Part shown: piece after piece, positions 16,233 through 24,547 of the stretch
How positions within the stretch are numbered: position 1 is the stretch's first letter
How the letters are laid out: the number at the start of each line of letters is the position of its first letter
Assembly: GCA_039809105.1 (NCBI GenBank)
Contig: JBDHUJ010000001.1
Span: 1 to 59,375 of the forward strand
Source of the DNA: Candidatus Saccharimonadales bacterium
Lineage (GTDB): Bacteria > Patescibacteriota > Saccharimonadia > Saccharimonadales > UBA4665
Direction: 5' to 3'
DNA: 59,375 nt
The notes under the pieces: generated by a model
What the model was told of the DNA's origin: nothing
What the model saw: only the letters and a program-made list of their open reading frames with translations
Database searches by the model: none
Translations under genes and position numbers: made by a program

Positions 16233-17168
16233 TTACGAGAATATCTTGCGGGCTTTTTTGGGTGTAATGGTGGTACGCAGCAGCTCCTGGTTGAACCGCT
16301 CGGGAGCTTGGCCGGTCGTGGCGTAGTGGTACAGGGCTGCCCGGACTATCGAGTCAAGTGTCGTAAAGAGCAGCACGAGTACTATGAACCCGAGGATTGC
16401 CAGGATTACCACCGGCACCATGAACCATCCCGAAGCCTGCAGGACCGAAAGTATAGCTCCCGAAGCTGCCGCAACCAGCCCGACCGCCAACAGGTACAGA
16501 AGGAATGCGACCAGGAACACGATTCCTACGTCGCCGCTGGCGACAACGCTTTCGCCCCACACCTTCTTAATCAGCCCCACCGAGCGCCGGGTCGCGTCGA
16601 ACGGATGCACGTTCTCGTCGCTCATGACGATGATGGGTATGGCGAAGAAGTTGGCGATGTTCCAGGCGGCGCCCACTAGCCACACGGCGATTCTCCCCGC
16701 CAGTGGTACCCGCTGTTCCAGCGACTGTAGCGCGAAACCTATCGTCGCCATCATCAGGCTGAAGAGCAGTAACGGCCGGAATTTGCGTCGCACGCCAGCC
16801 AGACTGCTTCGTACGGTCGGATCCCCGCCCCGGAACCGTTCCATGGCACCATATACCACTGCGCCACCGAAGAAATTGGCGACGACGGTCATGCAGAAGT
16901 ATAGGGCTAGCCCGAACAATACGTTGAGCCAGGCCGGCACAGTGCCCGAACTGGCGCTAAAGCCGGCTGGGCTGGCAAGCGCGACGTTCACGCCGCCTGC
17001 TACGATATACAGTATGCCGAGAATCACGAGTGCCAATACGCCGAATACTACGCTCAACAGCGGCAGCAGCGACAACTCTTTGTCGAGCCGCAGCACGTTC
17101 CAGGCGCTTTTCGCTAGCTCCCAGCCGGCGCGGAATTTAGATGTCTTGGGTTGCGAGGGTTGTTCCAT
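16233..17168 (-). CDS. Polytopic membrane protein (PadR-linked)
   Basis: 311 aa with about 6 TM helices. AAGGAGAAAGG SD lies before ATG 17168. Overlaps the 3' end of the upstream PadR gene. Confidence 0.7.
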   Translation of the reverse strand: MEQPSQPKTSKFRAGWELAKSAWNVLRLDKELSLLPLLSVVFGVLALVILGILYIVAGGVNVALASPAGFSASSGTVPAWLNVLFGLALYFCMTVVANFFGGAVVYGAMERFRGGDPTVRSSLAGVRRKFRPLLLFSLMMATIGFALQSLEQRVPLAGRIAVWLVGAAWNIANFFAIPIIVMSDENVHPFDATRRSVGLIKKVWGESVVASGDVGIVFLVAFLLYLLAVGLVAAASGAILSVLQASGWFMVPVVILAILGFIVLVLLFTTLDSIVRAALYHYATTGQAPERFNQELLRTTITPKKARKIFS

Positions 17169-17637
17169 AGGTGCCTTTCTCCTTTTCGGGTGGTGTGGTT
17201 TCGGTACGTATCGGCTGCATGGTCTTGGCGGTGGATGGCGGCGGCCGGTGTCCCGGATGTTCTAGTAGGTTCCGGATTTCCGGACGGTAAAAAATCTGAG
17301 TAATCTGCCGTCGCGCGAACGCTTCGAGTACATTGTAGCCGCTCTCGGTTAGGAAATACTGCTTGCGGTCGGGGCCGCCCTGCCCGGCTTCGAGTGTAAA
17401 ATCTATCAGCTGGCCCTCGTTATAGCGCCGCAGTGCGCGGTACATGCTTTTGTCGTCGGCGTCGAGCATACCCTGGGTAGCTTTGGTGATGAACGATTTA
17501 ATTTCGGCCATATGCTTCGGCCCGTCTTTCAGCGCCAGCAGAATCCAGAGTGTCAGCTGGCTTTTTTTGTGCACCTCTTCCCAGCCATCCAGTAGCTGTT
17601 GTTCGTATGCGTCTAAATGCTTGGGTGAATGCTTCAT
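17137..17637 (-). CDS. PadR-family transcriptional regulator
   Basis: LWILLALKDGPKHMAEI...MYRALRRYNEGQLIDF...RKQYFLTESG winged-helix pattern. ATG 17637 has a GAAGG SD. Confidence 0.82.
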   Translation of the reverse strand: MKHSPKHLDAYEQQLLDGWEEVHKKSQLTLWILLALKDGPKHMAEIKSFITKATQGMLDADDKSMYRALRRYNEGQLIDFTLEAGQGGPDRKQYFLTESGYNVLEAFARRQITQIFYRPEIRNLLEHPGHRPPPSTAKTMQPIRTETTPPEKEKGTYGTTLATQDI

Positions 17638-17750
17638 GTATACCTTCAGTATACTACCCAAGGTATACATGTCAAGCATTTGGTAAAATAACAGAGGTAA
17701 GTTACAATATTAAAGCTCTAAGAACGTGTTCGGATGACCACTGACTGGGA

Positions 17751-17816
17751 AGAGCAACCCGAGACTCGCCTAGGCGAGCCCGGCGTGATGAGAAACCCGC
17801 TTGCGGGTGTCTCATG
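17751..17816 (+). repeat. Short core copy related to the family A structured repeat
   Basis: AGAGCAACCCGAGACTCGCCTAGGCGAGCCCGGCGTGATGAGAAACCC-gcttgc-GGGTGTCTCATG. Near-identical start to 59060-59125. Confidence 0.85.
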
Positions 17817-17821
17817 TCCGT

Positions 17822-17912
17822 GGAGAGGTCGCATAGTTGGTCTAGTGCGCTGCACTCGAAATGCAGTATACCGGCAACGGTATCGAGGGTTCGAATCCCT
17901 CCCTCTCCGCCA
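17822..17912 (+). tRNA. tRNA-Ser (anticodon CGA), long variable arm, CCA encoded
   Basis: Acceptor GGAGAGG/CCTCTCC, anticodon stem CTGCA/TGCAG with loop CTCGAAA, variable arm TATACCGGCAACGGTATC, T arm GAGGG-TTCGAAT-CCCTC. Confidence 0.9.
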
Positions 17913-17963
17913 AATAGAAAAGCCTGCAAAGCGCAGGTTTTTCTATTATTCGCCCAGTAATTA

Positions 17964-18446
17964 CTACTGAGCGCCCAAACGCGCTCGAGCTTCCAATAGA
18001 ATATTACGGACAACACACAGTGAAAGCTGTCTCTGACTTTCTGTTCCAAACGTTTCGTAAGAAGATTTGCTAAGCGGTTGGCCATCGGGGCTGTCTATGT
18101 GCCATGTCTGCGCGGCAGAAATGGTAGGAGGAAGCTCCGAACCGTATTCCGGATGCCAACCGACAGACATATGTGTACGCGCAACGAGGGGCCACGGATA
18201 TTCATTCAGTATATTCCCTACAGGTATACTGCGCTGAAAAGTCACTTCCGTCGTATCTCCGAAAACGCCGCTATGTCCGTCCAGCTGTCTTACGGACACT
18301 AGTCGATGTTCCCGACCTGTGCGCTCGCCTGGATTCAAACTAAGTGCAAGCTTGCCTATGCTGTGGTGCTTGAGTCGTTCGATGAAACTTAAGTCATTAA
18401 AAGTACGTGTTCTTGCTGATTCGAGGGCATGTGCGGGTGTTTTCAT
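17964..18446 (-). CDS. Hypothetical protein
   Basis: ORF 17964..18509. ATG 18446 is preceded by an AAGGGTGG SD. No motif recognised. Confidence 0.5.
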   Translation of the reverse strand: MKTPAHALESARTRTFNDLSFIERLKHHSIGKLALSLNPGERTGREHRLVSVRQLDGHSGVFGDTTEVTFQRSIPVGNILNEYPWPLVARTHMSVGWHPEYGSELPPTISAAQTWHIDSPDGQPLSKSSYETFGTESQRQLSLCVVRNILLEARARLGAQ

Positions 18447-18517
18447 ACCACCCTTTATACACCCTAGGCTGAATATAAAAAAGCAGTAGCAGCTTAAATT
18501 GCTATACAATAGGGGCT

Positions 18518-18928
18518 ATGCAAGACAGTATTTTTACAAAGATTATCAAAGGTGAGATTCCGTGTCATAAGATTTACGAAGATGCCGACACCTTCGTACT
18601 GCTGGATATCTTCCCTATCCAGCCGGGCCAAGTGCTGGTCGTGCCGAAAAAGCAGGTCGGGTTCGTGTGGGACCTCGAATCTGCCGACTATACGGCGCTG
18701 ATGGCAACCGTCCAGAAAGTGGGCAAGCACATACGAGAGAAGATACCCGAAAAGTCCCGGGTTGCGGTAATAGTCGAAGGCCTGGATGTGGAAGACCATG
18801 CGCACGTGAAAGTGTTTGCGTTCAATAACGACGCGGAGTTCCGTCGCCTGCCCGACCGCTCGGTCGAGCCGGACCAGGCGGCGCTGGCAGCGATGGCCGA
18901 GAGGCTGCGGATGGAGGATGGGATATGA
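18518..18928 (+). CDS. HIT-family (histidine triad) nucleotide hydrolase
   Basis: IFTKIIKGEIP...VLVVPKK...EDHAHVKVF (HxHxHxx). Confidence 0.9.
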   Translation: MQDSIFTKIIKGEIPCHKIYEDADTFVLLDIFPIQPGQVLVVPKKQVGFVWDLESADYTALMATVQKVGKHIREKIPEKSRVAVIVEGLDVEDHAHVKVFAFNNDAEFRRLPDRSVEPDQAALAAMAERLRMEDGI

Positions 18929-19104
18929 TGCAAGCATTCTGGCTGGCGCTGCTTATTTCGGGCTGCGCAGGCGTGTGGATTTTTACGAAGCTGAACCAGA
19001 AGACGGGGTACGGCAACGGCGGCAGTGCTGTGAAGGGTGCTGTCGTGGCTGGGGCGGTGATTTTTGTTGTCGTGTTCGGCATCGGCTGGTTCATGTTCGG
19101 CTAG
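18925..19104 (+). CDS. Small (59-aa) two-TM membrane protein
   Basis: ATGATG overlaps the HIT stop. Product MMQAFWLALLISGCAGVWIF...GAVIFVVVFGIGWFMFG. Below the ORF-track length cut-off. Confidence 0.5.
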   Translation: MMQAFWLALLISGCAGVWIFTKLNQKTGYGNGGSAVKGAVVAGAVIFVVVFGIGWFMFG

Positions 19105-19189
19105 CGGACATGCCGTACAGTCGAAGCTAACCATTCCCGGCTAGAAATACGCTTATGGAGCTGGTACAATAAGGCTATTATGGCGATGG

Positions 19190-20086
19190 GTGACGAACGT
19201 GGACGCTGAGAGTATTTCCGAGGAAAAGCGCCTTGGGCAGGTGGTGCAAACCGCTCGTCGGGCCGCGGGGTTGACCCAGCAGGCGCTCTGCCAGAAATCC
19301 GGTCTCAGCTACTCCACGCTTGCCAAGATAGAGCGCGGAGCTATAAAAGCGCCATCGGTGTTTACCATACAGCACATCGCACACACGCTTGGCATCAGCC
19401 TGGACCAGCTGCTACAAGACGTGCCGCGCCAGGCGCCGTCGGTGCCCCGTGCCGTGACCACGCAGCTGGACAAAAAGGTATCGAAGTCGGGCGTACGGTT
19501 CGTATTTTTCGATATGAACGGTTGCCTGGTGCGCTACGCCTACAGCGTGGCCGCCAAACTAGCCGAAGACGCCGGTGTGACACCAGATGTGGTGGAGTCC
19601 ATAGTCTGGCGATATGACGACGATATAAACCGCGGTACCGTTTCGATGGACGAATTCAACACCGCCCTGGCCGAGCGGCTGCACATGATGGTCGACTGGA
19701 ACCGCTACTACATAGAGGCGGTCGAGGCGGTCGAAGGCATGGCCGAGCTGTTGGTCTGGGCAGCCGAAAACTACAAGGTCGGCATTCTGACCAACACCGT
19801 ACCGGGTGTTGTCGCACCGATGCTCGAAAGCGGCCTCTTGCCTCGTGTGAGCTATGATGCCATCGTGCAGTCGTGCGAAGTCCACGCTATCAAACCGGAA
19901 CAGGCGATTTTCGAGGCTGCGGCTGCGGCCACCGGGATGGCGCCAGAGGAGATTCTGCTGGTAGATGATAACAGGGCGAATATATCGGCGGCGAGCAAGC
20001 TTGGCTGGCATGTGCTGAGTTTCGACCAGCTGCACCCCGAAGCTTCCATCGTCAGTATCAGCACTGCCCTGCAACCAGTGGATTAG
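19190..20086 (+). CDS. XRE-family HTH fused to a HAD-superfamily hydrolase domain
   Basis: N-terminal LGQVVQTARRAAGLTQQALCQKSGLSYSTLAKIERG. C-terminal part has FFDMNGCLV (DxDx motif variant), ILTNT and VDDN. Confidence 0.78.
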   Translation: MTNVDAESISEEKRLGQVVQTARRAAGLTQQALCQKSGLSYSTLAKIERGAIKAPSVFTIQHIAHTLGISLDQLLQDVPRQAPSVPRAVTTQLDKKVSKSGVRFVFFDMNGCLVRYAYSVAAKLAEDAGVTPDVVESIVWRYDDDINRGTVSMDEFNTALAERLHMMVDWNRYYIEAVEAVEGMAELLVWAAENYKVGILTNTVPGVVAPMLESGLLPRVSYDAIVQSCEVHAIKPEQAIFEAAAAATGMAPEEILLVDDNRANISAASKLGWHVLSFDQLHPEASIVSISTALQPVD

Positions 20087-20458
20087 TTCTCAGTCGGACA
20101 GTTCTCAGCCCTGAGGAAGAGCAGAGGCGTGAGAGCAGAGTTCTCAGAAAACCCCAGAAGCCACCTCAGACCAAAAGCACTGCGGTCGCCGCGGCGACCC
20201 ACACTCAACGCCCGGTCTGCAGTCCGGAAAGGTAGCCCGGCGAGACCACAGCGAAGCCAGTGGTCTCCCGAGCGTAGGGAAACCCACGGGTTTCCCTGTC
20301 AGACGAGGTTACGCCTACGTTGGAAGTCACCACCAACTTGCAACCGTCTTATCTGCTTCTCACTCATCCCCGTGCACAGAGTTCCAGTCAACGCTCCAGG
20401 CCAAGACCGTCCGGGCGTACTTAAGACTCGTCAGGCCAGCGGAAGCTGGGCTGACAAG
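20087..20458 (+). repeat. Family A structured repeat, copy 1 (about 370 nt; candidate ncRNA or complex MITE)
   Basis: Collinear with 44386-44726 and inverted 29725-30000. Conserved blocks are separated by covarying hairpins. Confidence 0.9.
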
Positions 20459-20473
20459 CCTGTAGTAAATCGC

Positions 20474-23128
20474 CTACACGCCAGCGAAGCGGTCGTGTTC
20501 GGCACGGAGGCGTTCGAGGTTGGCTTCGGCTTCTTTGAGCTGCTCTTTGGTTTCTTGCACCAGTGCTTTCGGTGCGTTTTTGACATACGACTCGTTCGCG
20601 AGCCTGCCCTGCAGCTGCGAAATGGAGCGTTCAGTATCGGCAATTTGCGCGGCCAGCTTGTCGGTGTAGGCCTGCAGCGTCGAAGTGTTTACTTCGAGCC
20701 AACAGCGGTACGGTGTGCTCGTTAGGAACAAGCCGGTACCGTCGCTGACTTCGGTGACGTCCGCCAACCCAGCCAGCCGCATCAGGAGTGTCCGGTTTTC
20801 TGTGATGAACGGCACGTCGGTATAGTACATGTGCGCATTCTTGAGGCCGAGGTCTTTTATGCGCGCCCGGGCTTCGGTGACGATGGCCTGGATGTCGGCG
20901 AACGCGGCAGCTTGCTTGCTGTCGGAACGGTGAATTTTGGGCCATTTCTCTGTTATGAGCAAGCTGTCGGTGTCTTTGTACAGCGTCTGCCATATAGTTT
21001 CGGTGACGAACGGCGCGAACGGGTGTGCGAGCTTGAGTACTTGCTCTAGAACGTAACCGAGCACTTCCCTGCTCTCTTGTCCTTTGCTTGCCTCGACGTA
21101 CCAGTCGGCCACATCGTCCCACACAAAGTGATACAGGTGTTCGTAGGCTTCACTGAAGCGGTATTCGTCCAGGAATTTGCTGATTGTCTTGGTAGATTGT
21201 TGTAACTCATGCAACACCCAATGGTCGGCAATGGTTTGTGGGTCGGGCGTGGTTCCAGGCTTGTACGCATCGCCCAATACGCCTTCGGTATAACGGGCGA
21301 TATTCCAAAGTTTATTGCAGAAGTTGCGGTTGGCTTCTACCTTGCCCCAACCCCAGTTCTGGTCGTTACCAGGAGTTACGCCCATTATGAGTGCCATGCG
21401 CAGGGCGTCGGTGCCGTATTTGGGTATGACATCGAGTGGGTCGATAATGCTTTCCGGGCGGCTCTTGCTCATCTTCTTACCGTCTTCGGCGCGAATGAGC
21501 CCATGTAGATACACTGTCTTGAACGGTACTTGGCCGGTAGCGTAGGTAGTGGAAAGAATCATACGGGCGACCCAGAAGAACAAAATGTCCCAACCTGTTT
21601 CAAGGACGTTAGTTGGGTGGTAAGCCTGGAAATCTGGACTTTTGGCTAGTAAATCCTCGAGCGACAAACTATAGTCTTCCGCCAAAGCGGGGTCGATAAG
21701 CGTGCTCCATGTCCAAAGCGCCGAACTAAACCAGGTGTCGAGCGTATCTGGGTCTTGTTCCCACTGGTTCCAACCTTCGGAATCGTCGTCTTTGGGCGGT
21801 TGGAGACCGACATACGTTTCAGTAGTACCATCGGTGTGGGTGCGGTACCAGGCCGGTATACGGTGGCCCCACCATATCTGACGGCTTATACACCAGTCAC
21901 GCAGGTTGTCTATCCAGTAGAAGTACGTTTTTTCAAACCGTTCGGGTACGAGCTGGATGTCCTTTTCGCGGATAACGTTCTGCAGCACTTCCTTCAGGGA
22001 GCGGTGCTCCCCTTTCCAGTCTACGGCCGGCTTGTTGACGTCTATGAACCACTGCAGGCGGATTTGGGGTTCTATGACCCCCTTCCCTCGCTCGTTGCGC
22101 GCAGTGTTGTGGATGTAGTTTTCGTCAATCTTTACTACCAAACCTTTTTCTGCCAGCTTACGGACGATTTTCGGTCGTACGGTCGCTATATCTTCGCCAG
22201 TAAATTCTCCCGCTATAGGCAGTAGCTTGCCGTGGAAATCTATAATCTGTTCTTTGTCGAGGTTATGCCGTTCGGCGATGTCGAAGTCTACATGGCTATG
22301 CCACGGAGTTATCGTCATAACACCGGTACCAAAGCTCGGGTCAATAGACTCGTCTTTGATGATGGTGGCGGTAACTGGTCCGTTAATCCACTCGGCCGTA
22401 AAAGTGTCGCCATGCTTGTATTTGGCGTAGCGCTTGTCGTCGGGGTGCATTACTACGTATTTGTCGCCGAATTTCGTTTCTGGCCGCGCTGTCCCAATCT
22501 CGAACGGCCCGTATTTCAAAGTATAGAACGTAGTAGTTTCTTCTTCGTACACCACTTCGTCATCAGAGACGTTGGTTTCGAGATTCGGGTCCCAGTTTAC
22601 AATCCGGTGGCCACGGTAAATAAGCCCGTCGTTGTACATCTTGGTAAATACTTCGCCCACGCTGCGTGTCAGAGCTGGGTCCAGCGTGTAGCGTAGGCGT
22701 GACCAGTCGCAGCTAGAACCCATGGCGCGCATTTGCCCGAGCATGGTTCCCCTGCTCTGGCCCACGAATTCACGCGTACGCTCCAGAAAGACTTCGCGCC
22801 CGATTTCATGTTTGTTTGTCCCCTCCTCTGCCAGCTTCTTTTCGATGATGGCATTTACGGCCAGCGCGGCATGGTCGGTCCCTGGCAACCACAAGACATC
22901 CTTGCCTTGCAACCGGTTGTAGCGGGCCATGATGTCCTGAAGTGTTAAGAAGAGCGCATGCCCGAGGCTCAGTGTACCGGTTTCGTTCGGTGGTGGCATG
23001 GCGATACTGAACCGCTCTTTTTTAGAGGTCGGGTCGGCCATGAATGCCCCGCTCTTTTCCCACAGCGCATAGATATCGCTTTCGTACTGTCCTGGTTCGT
23101 ATGTTTTCGGTAATTGCATCGTCTTCAT
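20474..23128 (-). CDS. valS: Valine--tRNA ligase
   Basis: 884 aa with PPPNETGTLSLGHA (HIGH), KMSKS, an editing domain and a C-terminal coiled coil. Confidence 0.97.
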   Translation of the reverse strand: MKTMQLPKTYEPGQYESDIYALWEKSGAFMADPTSKKERFSIAMPPPNETGTLSLGHALFLTLQDIMARYNRLQGKDVLWLPGTDHAALAVNAIIEKKLAEEGTNKHEIGREVFLERTREFVGQSRGTMLGQMRAMGSSCDWSRLRYTLDPALTRSVGEVFTKMYNDGLIYRGHRIVNWDPNLETNVSDDEVVYEEETTTFYTLKYGPFEIGTARPETKFGDKYVVMHPDDKRYAKYKHGDTFTAEWINGPVTATIIKDESIDPSFGTGVMTITPWHSHVDFDIAERHNLDKEQIIDFHGKLLPIAGEFTGEDIATVRPKIVRKLAEKGLVVKIDENYIHNTARNERGKGVIEPQIRLQWFIDVNKPAVDWKGEHRSLKEVLQNVIREKDIQLVPERFEKTYFYWIDNLRDWCISRQIWWGHRIPAWYRTHTDGTTETYVGLQPPKDDDSEGWNQWEQDPDTLDTWFSSALWTWSTLIDPALAEDYSLSLEDLLAKSPDFQAYHPTNVLETGWDILFFWVARMILSTTYATGQVPFKTVYLHGLIRAEDGKKMSKSRPESIIDPLDVIPKYGTDALRMALIMGVTPGNDQNWGWGKVEANRNFCNKLWNIARYTEGVLGDAYKPGTTPDPQTIADHWVLHELQQSTKTISKFLDEYRFSEAYEHLYHFVWDDVADWYVEASKGQESREVLGYVLEQVLKLAHPFAPFVTETIWQTLYKDTDSLLITEKWPKIHRSDSKQAAAFADIQAIVTEARARIKDLGLKNAHMYYTDVPFITENRTLLMRLAGLADVTEVSDGTGLFLTSTPYRCWLEVNTSTLQAYTDKLAAQIADTERSISQLQGRLANESYVKNAPKALVQETKEQLKEAEANLERLRAEHDRFAGV

Positions 23129-23165
23129 TGTATCACCTCTGTTATTTTGCGCAAAGCAAAGCCTC

Positions 23166-23177
23166 TTTCACGTGAAA
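23166..23177. promoter_or_regulatory. Perfect palindrome TTTCACGTGAAA (candidate operator)
   Basis: Lies just upstream of the -35 of the 23218 gene. Variants occur at 23896-23907 (TTTCATGTGAAA) and 25330-25341 (inside tsaD). Confidence 0.5.
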
Positions 23178-23180
23178 TTA

Positions 23181-23209
23181 TTGTAAAATAACTAAAAACG
23201 TGTTATAAT
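23181..23209 (+). promoter_or_regulatory. Sigma70-type promoter TTGTAA-17-TATAAT, leaderless geometry
   Basis: The -10 box ends 8 nt before ATG 23218. Confidence 0.6.
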
Positions 23210-23217
23210 GTAAAGAT

Positions 23218-23733
23218 ATGACAACTGCTGTCCTGCCAGCCCGTGCCGCACAAGAAGGGTATCGATACGAATCGGACATCCGGGATATGCTGGCTGTACA
23301 CCTCGGCTCCCCGCTGCCCACGATACTGGTCGAAGAGCAGGAGAAACTATTCCGAGTTACGCGATATGCGATTTCTGATGAAACAGAGGCGGAAATTGGC
23401 GTCGCGAGCGTCTTGGTTGATTCGTATAACCGTAAAGATAACTTCGCTAGGATACAGCTGTGCGTAGACCATAGGCAGGGGTATGGCAGTGCTATCTATG
23501 CCTGGGCAATCGGTAACGCGTTGGCGCGTGACCATGACTTTGTGAACGACCCGAACGGCAATCGCAATGCCTCGCTCAACACCTGGCGGCGACTGGTGCG
23601 GGCTGGGGTTGCGGAGCAGGTGAGGGCGACGCCCATGGGCTCCGAAGCTGTAGACATAGCACCGCGCAATCTGGGCGAGTTTATCGTCCCGCGCACGCTA
23701 TTCTCGCATACTGAGGTCAGGGGCGATAGGTAG
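23218..23733 (+). CDS. Hypothetical protein, GNAT-like motif, paralog of 23961..24545
   Basis: QLCVDHRQGYGSAIYAWAI and NTWRRLVRAGVAEQ parallel ICIGQDFQGHGYGKAIYRTLL and RMWQRLVRLGLAKQ in the neighbour. Confidence 0.55.
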   Translation: MTTAVLPARAAQEGYRYESDIRDMLAVHLGSPLPTILVEEQEKLFRVTRYAISDETEAEIGVASVLVDSYNRKDNFARIQLCVDHRQGYGSAIYAWAIGNALARDHDFVNDPNGNRNASLNTWRRLVRAGVAEQVRATPMGSEAVDIAPRNLGEFIVPRTLFSHTEVRGDR

Positions 23734-23779
23734 AGCGTACACGCTCTCTTTCGTTCCACTCACTCTGGTACTCTGACGA

Positions 23780-23848
23780 CGGAGTTCGGGGCTGGCCGCG
23801 ACGCCACCGGCGACAACGACGCTTTTAGGCTGGAACCCTTTTTGCGTG
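23780..23848 (-). pseudogene. Duplicated fragment of tsaD (internal 3' part)
   Basis: About 70 nt are near-identical to 24744-24812. It translates as FQPKSVVVAGGVAASPELRRQ versus TsaD FQPKSVVIAGGVAASPELRRQ. Confidence 0.75.
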
Positions 23849-23960
23849 TATGCCACATTTCCATCTCTATTAACTCGCTGCAAAACAGCTGCCGCTTTCA
23901 TGTGAAACATTGACAAAACACTTTCAAAATGCTAGTGTATACTCAGTATCTAAGAACAAA

Positions 23961-24545
23961 ATGATAGAAACACAAACCAAGCAACATTTTGCAGATTCAT
24001 CACTGACACCTGGGCAGCGGTACGCCGCCGGGGTTGCACAAATGCCACAGCCCGAAGCAGCTCAGTATGGTCCTGACTCGATGCCGGTGGGGGAGTACCT
24101 CGACAGTCTACTGGACCCGGAACATACGCTGCCTCACGTAGCTTTTGCAGAGGATAACGCAGCGGTTCACGCCGAGAACCCCACCATAGAGGGTGGCGTC
24201 GGATACAGGGTCGCCGATGAAACGGGTAGGCCACTCGGTGTATTCATTATGGGCGATGGGGAAGAGGTCGGTGCTAGCTCCGATGCAAACTACCTCAAAT
24301 GGGTCTGCATAGGGCAGGACTTTCAGGGGCACGGCTATGGCAAGGCGATTTATCGGACCTTGTTAGAGCAAGGTGCGGGTGCTGGGAAAACGCTAGTTTC
24401 TGACAGGCAGCTGTCTCATGACGGGATGCGTATGTGGCAGCGCTTAGTACGACTTGGCTTAGCGAAACAGACTGTCGAGTATCGCTACGACGCCGAAGGC
24501 GATGACTTTCTTGCCGATAGCTCAATCTTCAAGTCCGTTTTATAA
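23961..24545 (+). CDS. Hypothetical protein, GNAT-like motif, paralog of 23218..23733
   Basis: ATG 23961 is chosen because the track start at 23910 is the TTG of the -35 box TTGACA (23910-23915). Carries the QGHGYGKAIY motif. Confidence 0.6.
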   Translation: MIETQTKQHFADSSLTPGQRYAAGVAQMPQPEAAQYGPDSMPVGEYLDSLLDPEHTLPHVAFAEDNAAVHAENPTIEGGVGYRVADETGRPLGVFIMGDGEEVGASSDANYLKWVCIGQDFQGHGYGKAIYRTLLEQGAGAGKTLVSDRQLSHDGMRMWQRLVRLGLAKQTVEYRYDAEGDDFLADSSIFKSVL

Positions 24546-24547
24546 GG

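Noticed and set aside
16384-17265. 293-aa plus-strand ORF
   Set aside because: It is antisense to the PadR-linked membrane protein, with an S/T/P/A-rich translation typical of a shadow frame.
20129-20725. 198-aa plus-strand ORF
   Set aside because: It reads through family A repeat copy 1 and then runs antisense into the valS 3' end. It has no SD and a low-complexity R/P/S-rich translation. Homologous repeat copies do not keep the frame.
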